Assembly (NCBI GenBank): GCA_044892525.1
Contig: CM097885.1
Location: 32,366,001-32,430,000 of the forward strand
Origin: Schmidtea polychroa
Lineage: Eukaryota
Direction of reading: 5' to 3'
Length of the DNA stretch: 64,000 bases
A program made the translations under genes and the position numbers. Shown here piece by piece: positions 61,400 to 64,000 of the stretch. Every line of letters begins with the position of its first letter. The stretch's first letter is position 1. Below the pieces are notes generated by a model. It had not been told where the DNA came from. It worked only from the letters and a program-made list of their open reading frames with translations, and searched no databases.

Positions 61400-64000
61400 T
61401 TACGGGAACAATGGGAGGAAAAAAGAATCTGTATCACCTGCAACAATATTAATTTTACAATTAAACTCATTGCGAAATGATTCCAGATCCTTATATTGCA
61501 ATTCATACATTCTAAGTTTAGATAGATCAAGTACAGATTGACCAATGTAACTCGGTCTATCTAAACATATAGAATCTGAATTCAATAGTGCTGCAATTAA
61601 ATTATCTGCTATTTTAATAGATTTTTTAAAAGTCGGTTTTGACGAATATTTAACTAATTTACCGGCAGTTGTACAAAGACGAAGATTCATTCTTCTCTTT
61701 AAATTTTCAACTGTTCTGCCGTATAAACTGTTATTTAGCAATTTATAATAATTTTTATCTAAGCTATTTACGCTTTTTGATCTTAATTCGGTATTTGTAT
61801 CTATATATTTTTTAAAAATTGGTGATTGCTTAAATCTTACACCCCTATTTACACGTGTTACTTTAACACCAAGTTCCAAATATAATTTTAATAATCTCCA
61901 ATGAATAACATAATTAGATTTTGGAAGATGAGTTAATAATAATTTTTCAACCTTAGACCCAGCAGGTTTCATTTTTTCAGCAGCTACATGGAAATCATCC
62001 AACTTATCATGAAGCTCAGAAGGAATTACAAGATCAACTTCAAGAGTGTATCCATAAGACAAAGATTCAAGATTTAAATTCCTACATTCATCCATTATTT
62101 TATCAAATCCATCAAGAACCCAACAAAATTCGCCACAAGGTAATGATTGACTTAAAGCCCAGCCATAAAGATTATTAATATCTATATATAGTAACTCGGT
62201 GTTCTCGTGGGTCTTTACGTAATGCTTATTCACAAAAGTAAGACCGCCTCTTATTCCACCCTCATAAAAGCTAAACATTTCGTTTTCAGTTATGAGTTCA
62301 ATTGGTTGGTCTAAGGACATTAATGCAGAAGACCAAGACATGCCTGGAATTCCGAAATAATTCAAAGGCTCTAATCTATTGTGAGCAATTGGTTTCAACC
62401 TAAACTGATGAAAGAAATCAGCCAAAAGAAAACAATCAAGTTTTAGGTAGATCATCATATAATCTAATAAAGTTCGGCAATTAGATTCTACCCAAATCTC
62501 CTGAGCTTTTTCATACTCAAGCTCAGTGACACCCTCCCAGATTGGTGGTAATTCATACGTAGTTTGTAGAACATCTAAAGAAGTGGCGAAATTATAAGGG
62601 AAGATTCCTTTTTCACCTACTATGGTGCCAGAAAAAGCAGAATTAGTAAAAGGCAAAGAATTCAAAGTTTTGACTGCTTTAGCCAAAGAATCATTGACAA
62701 ATTGATATGAATCAATGAATCTTAGGCTAATTTTGCCTAAATGAGCAATCAAAGATATAAATTTTTCCGTAGTTATTGGGATGCACCCTAAATTCCAATT
62801 TTTAAATTTATTTAATCCATATTTAAGTATATTCAAGTTGTGAAATACGATAGGCAAAATTTTATTTATTTTTCTATTTACGTTACATGTGCTACAAGCT
62901 GCACCCAAGTATTTGCCCGTAAAATGATCGTGATCTCTAACAGGATCCACGATAGATTTCAAACAAAGATAACAAACCGTTGAATTAACGAATTGTTGTT
63001 GCTCAATTTTCGTTAATTTAATCATTGGTTTCCTACCCATTTTATAATAAAAAGGAAGAACCTTATTTAATGCTATATCCTCTATAGCACTTAAAAAACT
63101 CTCGACGCAATCTAAACCTATGAACTGCTGATAAGATTTAGATCCGTCAAAGTTATTTACTAGTAAAAGACCAGCAGATATTGGCATGTGTCGCTGAAAA
63201 TGATCATTATCACAAGGTAAAATAGCCTCAAAATCGGCATAAACTACGAAAGGAGGAGTTACTGTTTTCGACCAGTCAGTAAACTGTAAGAATTTATTTT
63301 GAGGGAAAGTATAAAGAGTAGTTCCTAATTGATTGCGTTTGCATAATATTTCATGTTTTTCTAGTGCGTTTCTATTTTTAAAACCATTCAAACATCGATG
63401 ACACCATAATGATTGTATGCGTGTAGGACAAGTAGTGTTGATACCACAATTCAGTAACCTATTTAAATTGCTTATAGCAACGTAATGGAAATTGTTCCCT
63501 TTATTTAATAATAGTAAATTAATTACTGTTCCATTTAAAACTTTGGAACGATGTATAATGTCTAAATGTGGGTGTTTTAAAACGTAATTATCTGTTAATT
63601 GTTTGTTATTATCATAAGAAAAAACGTTAATTATTAAGCCTGGATTTTTGGCCTCGAATTTTCTAATGTCTTTTAATTTCATGGGTAAGTCTAATGGATT
63701 ATATATTAACTCAGATAAATTATAACTGGATGTTCTATTTCTATATTGTTTAATAACTTCATCATATTTTAAAATAGCTAAAATGCTATATAAAAAACAT
63801 GAATCGTCGGTGTTTTTTACATTAATTAAACAATATTTATTTTTTAGACAAGTAGGTAGTTCAATGAAACTTCTACCACTTAATCTACTTAGCCTACTTA
63901 TCTTTGTTATGGTGAAGTGGATTTCAGTTATTTTTTTTATGATCCAGCTACTACCTAACTCTGTGATATTACTTATTTTCTCGTTTAGTTCCCTAATGCC
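61400..64000 (-). CDS. Protein-primed family B DNA polymerase (group 2 Polinton type), C-terminally truncated; start lies beyond the window
   Basis: Frame open from 64000 (GSSW...SFIELP...INVKNTDDSCFLYSILA); C2H2 finger; exonuclease YADFE; EndoVII-like CYLC..RDHDHFTGKYLGAACSTCN; YIDINNLYG, KLLNNSLYG and GDTDS, then an abrupt stop. Confidence 0.93.
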   Translation of the reverse strand, partial: GIRELNEKISNITELGSSWIIKKITEIHFTITKISRLSRLSGRSFIELPTCLKNKYCLINVKNTDDSCFLYSILAILKYDEVIKQYRNRTSSYNLSELIYNPLDLPMKLKDIRKFEAKNPGLIINVFSYDNNKQLTDNYVLKHPHLDIIHRSKVLNGTVINLLLLNKGNNFHYVAISNLNRLLNCGINTTCPTRIQSLWCHRCLNGFKNRNALEKHEILCKRNQLGTTLYTFPQNKFLQFTDWSKTVTPPFVVYADFEAILPCDNDHFQRHMPISAGLLLVNNFDGSKSYQQFIGLDCVESFLSAIEDIALNKVLPFYYKMGRKPMIKLTKIEQQQFVNSTVCYLCLKSIVDPVRDHDHFTGKYLGAACSTCNVNRKINKILPIVFHNLNILKYGLNKFKNWNLGCIPITTEKFISLIAHLGKISLRFIDSYQFVNDSLAKAVKTLNSLPFTNSAFSGTIVGEKGIFPYNFATSLDVLQTTYELPPIWEGVTELEYEKAQEIWVESNCRTLLDYMMIYLKLDCFLLADFFHQFRLKPIAHNRLEPLNYFGIPGMSWSSALMSLDQPIELITENEMFSFYEGGIRGGLTFVNKHYVKTHENTELLYIDINNLYGWALSQSLPCGEFCWVLDGFDKIMDECRNLNLESLSYGYTLEVDLVIPSELHDKLDDFHVAAEKMKPAGSKVEKLLLTHLPKSNYVIHWRLLKLYLELGVKVTRVNRGVRFKQSPIFKKYIDTNTELRSKSVNSLDKNYYKLLNNSLYGRTVENLKRRMNLRLCTTAGKLVKYSSKPTFKKSIKIADNLIAALLNSDSICLDRPSYIGQSVLDLSKLRMYELQYKDLESFRNEFNCKINIVAGDTDSFFLPLFP

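Larger units (their letters stand above)
60540..64000. mobile_element. Maverick/Polinton arm (TIR plus pPolB), continuing beyond the window
   Basis: Starts AGTAGATGGATTGGG like the elements at 1003 and 35445; same repeated TIR motifs; followed by pPolB. Confidence 0.88.

Overview
Very AT-rich eukaryotic DNA made almost entirely of nested transposable elements. The ~41-47 nt GT-AG introns and (AAT)n tracts suggest a planarian-like invertebrate, which is an inference. No confident host protein-coding gene was found. The main find is an internally deleted Maverick/Polinton at 35445-46991, with AGTAGATG termini, ~320-380 bp TIRs and a 6-bp TSD. It retains the packaging ATPase and a minor-capsid (penton) fragment. 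It also carries compact TATA-preceded cargo genes, some with introns: a divergent TATA-binding protein (TBP)-like gene, a Bcl-2-family gene, a possible OB-fold ssDNA-binding protein and two orphans. A Gypsy element and a pogo transposon later inserted into it. Two more elements share the same TIR family: a non-autonomous derivative at 1003-3264, and an element starting at 60540 that encodes a protein-primed PolB and runs off the window. A separate Maverick integrase fragment lies at ~30.7 kb. Other elements are a tandem three-LTR CsRn1-like Gypsy dimer, further decayed Gypsy copies, a solo LTR, MULE and hAT elements, a Tc1-like remnant with a spliced transposase, several MITEs, and Penelope-like remnants with degenerate hammerhead motifs. 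All family assignments come from reading motifs by eye; no database searches were run.
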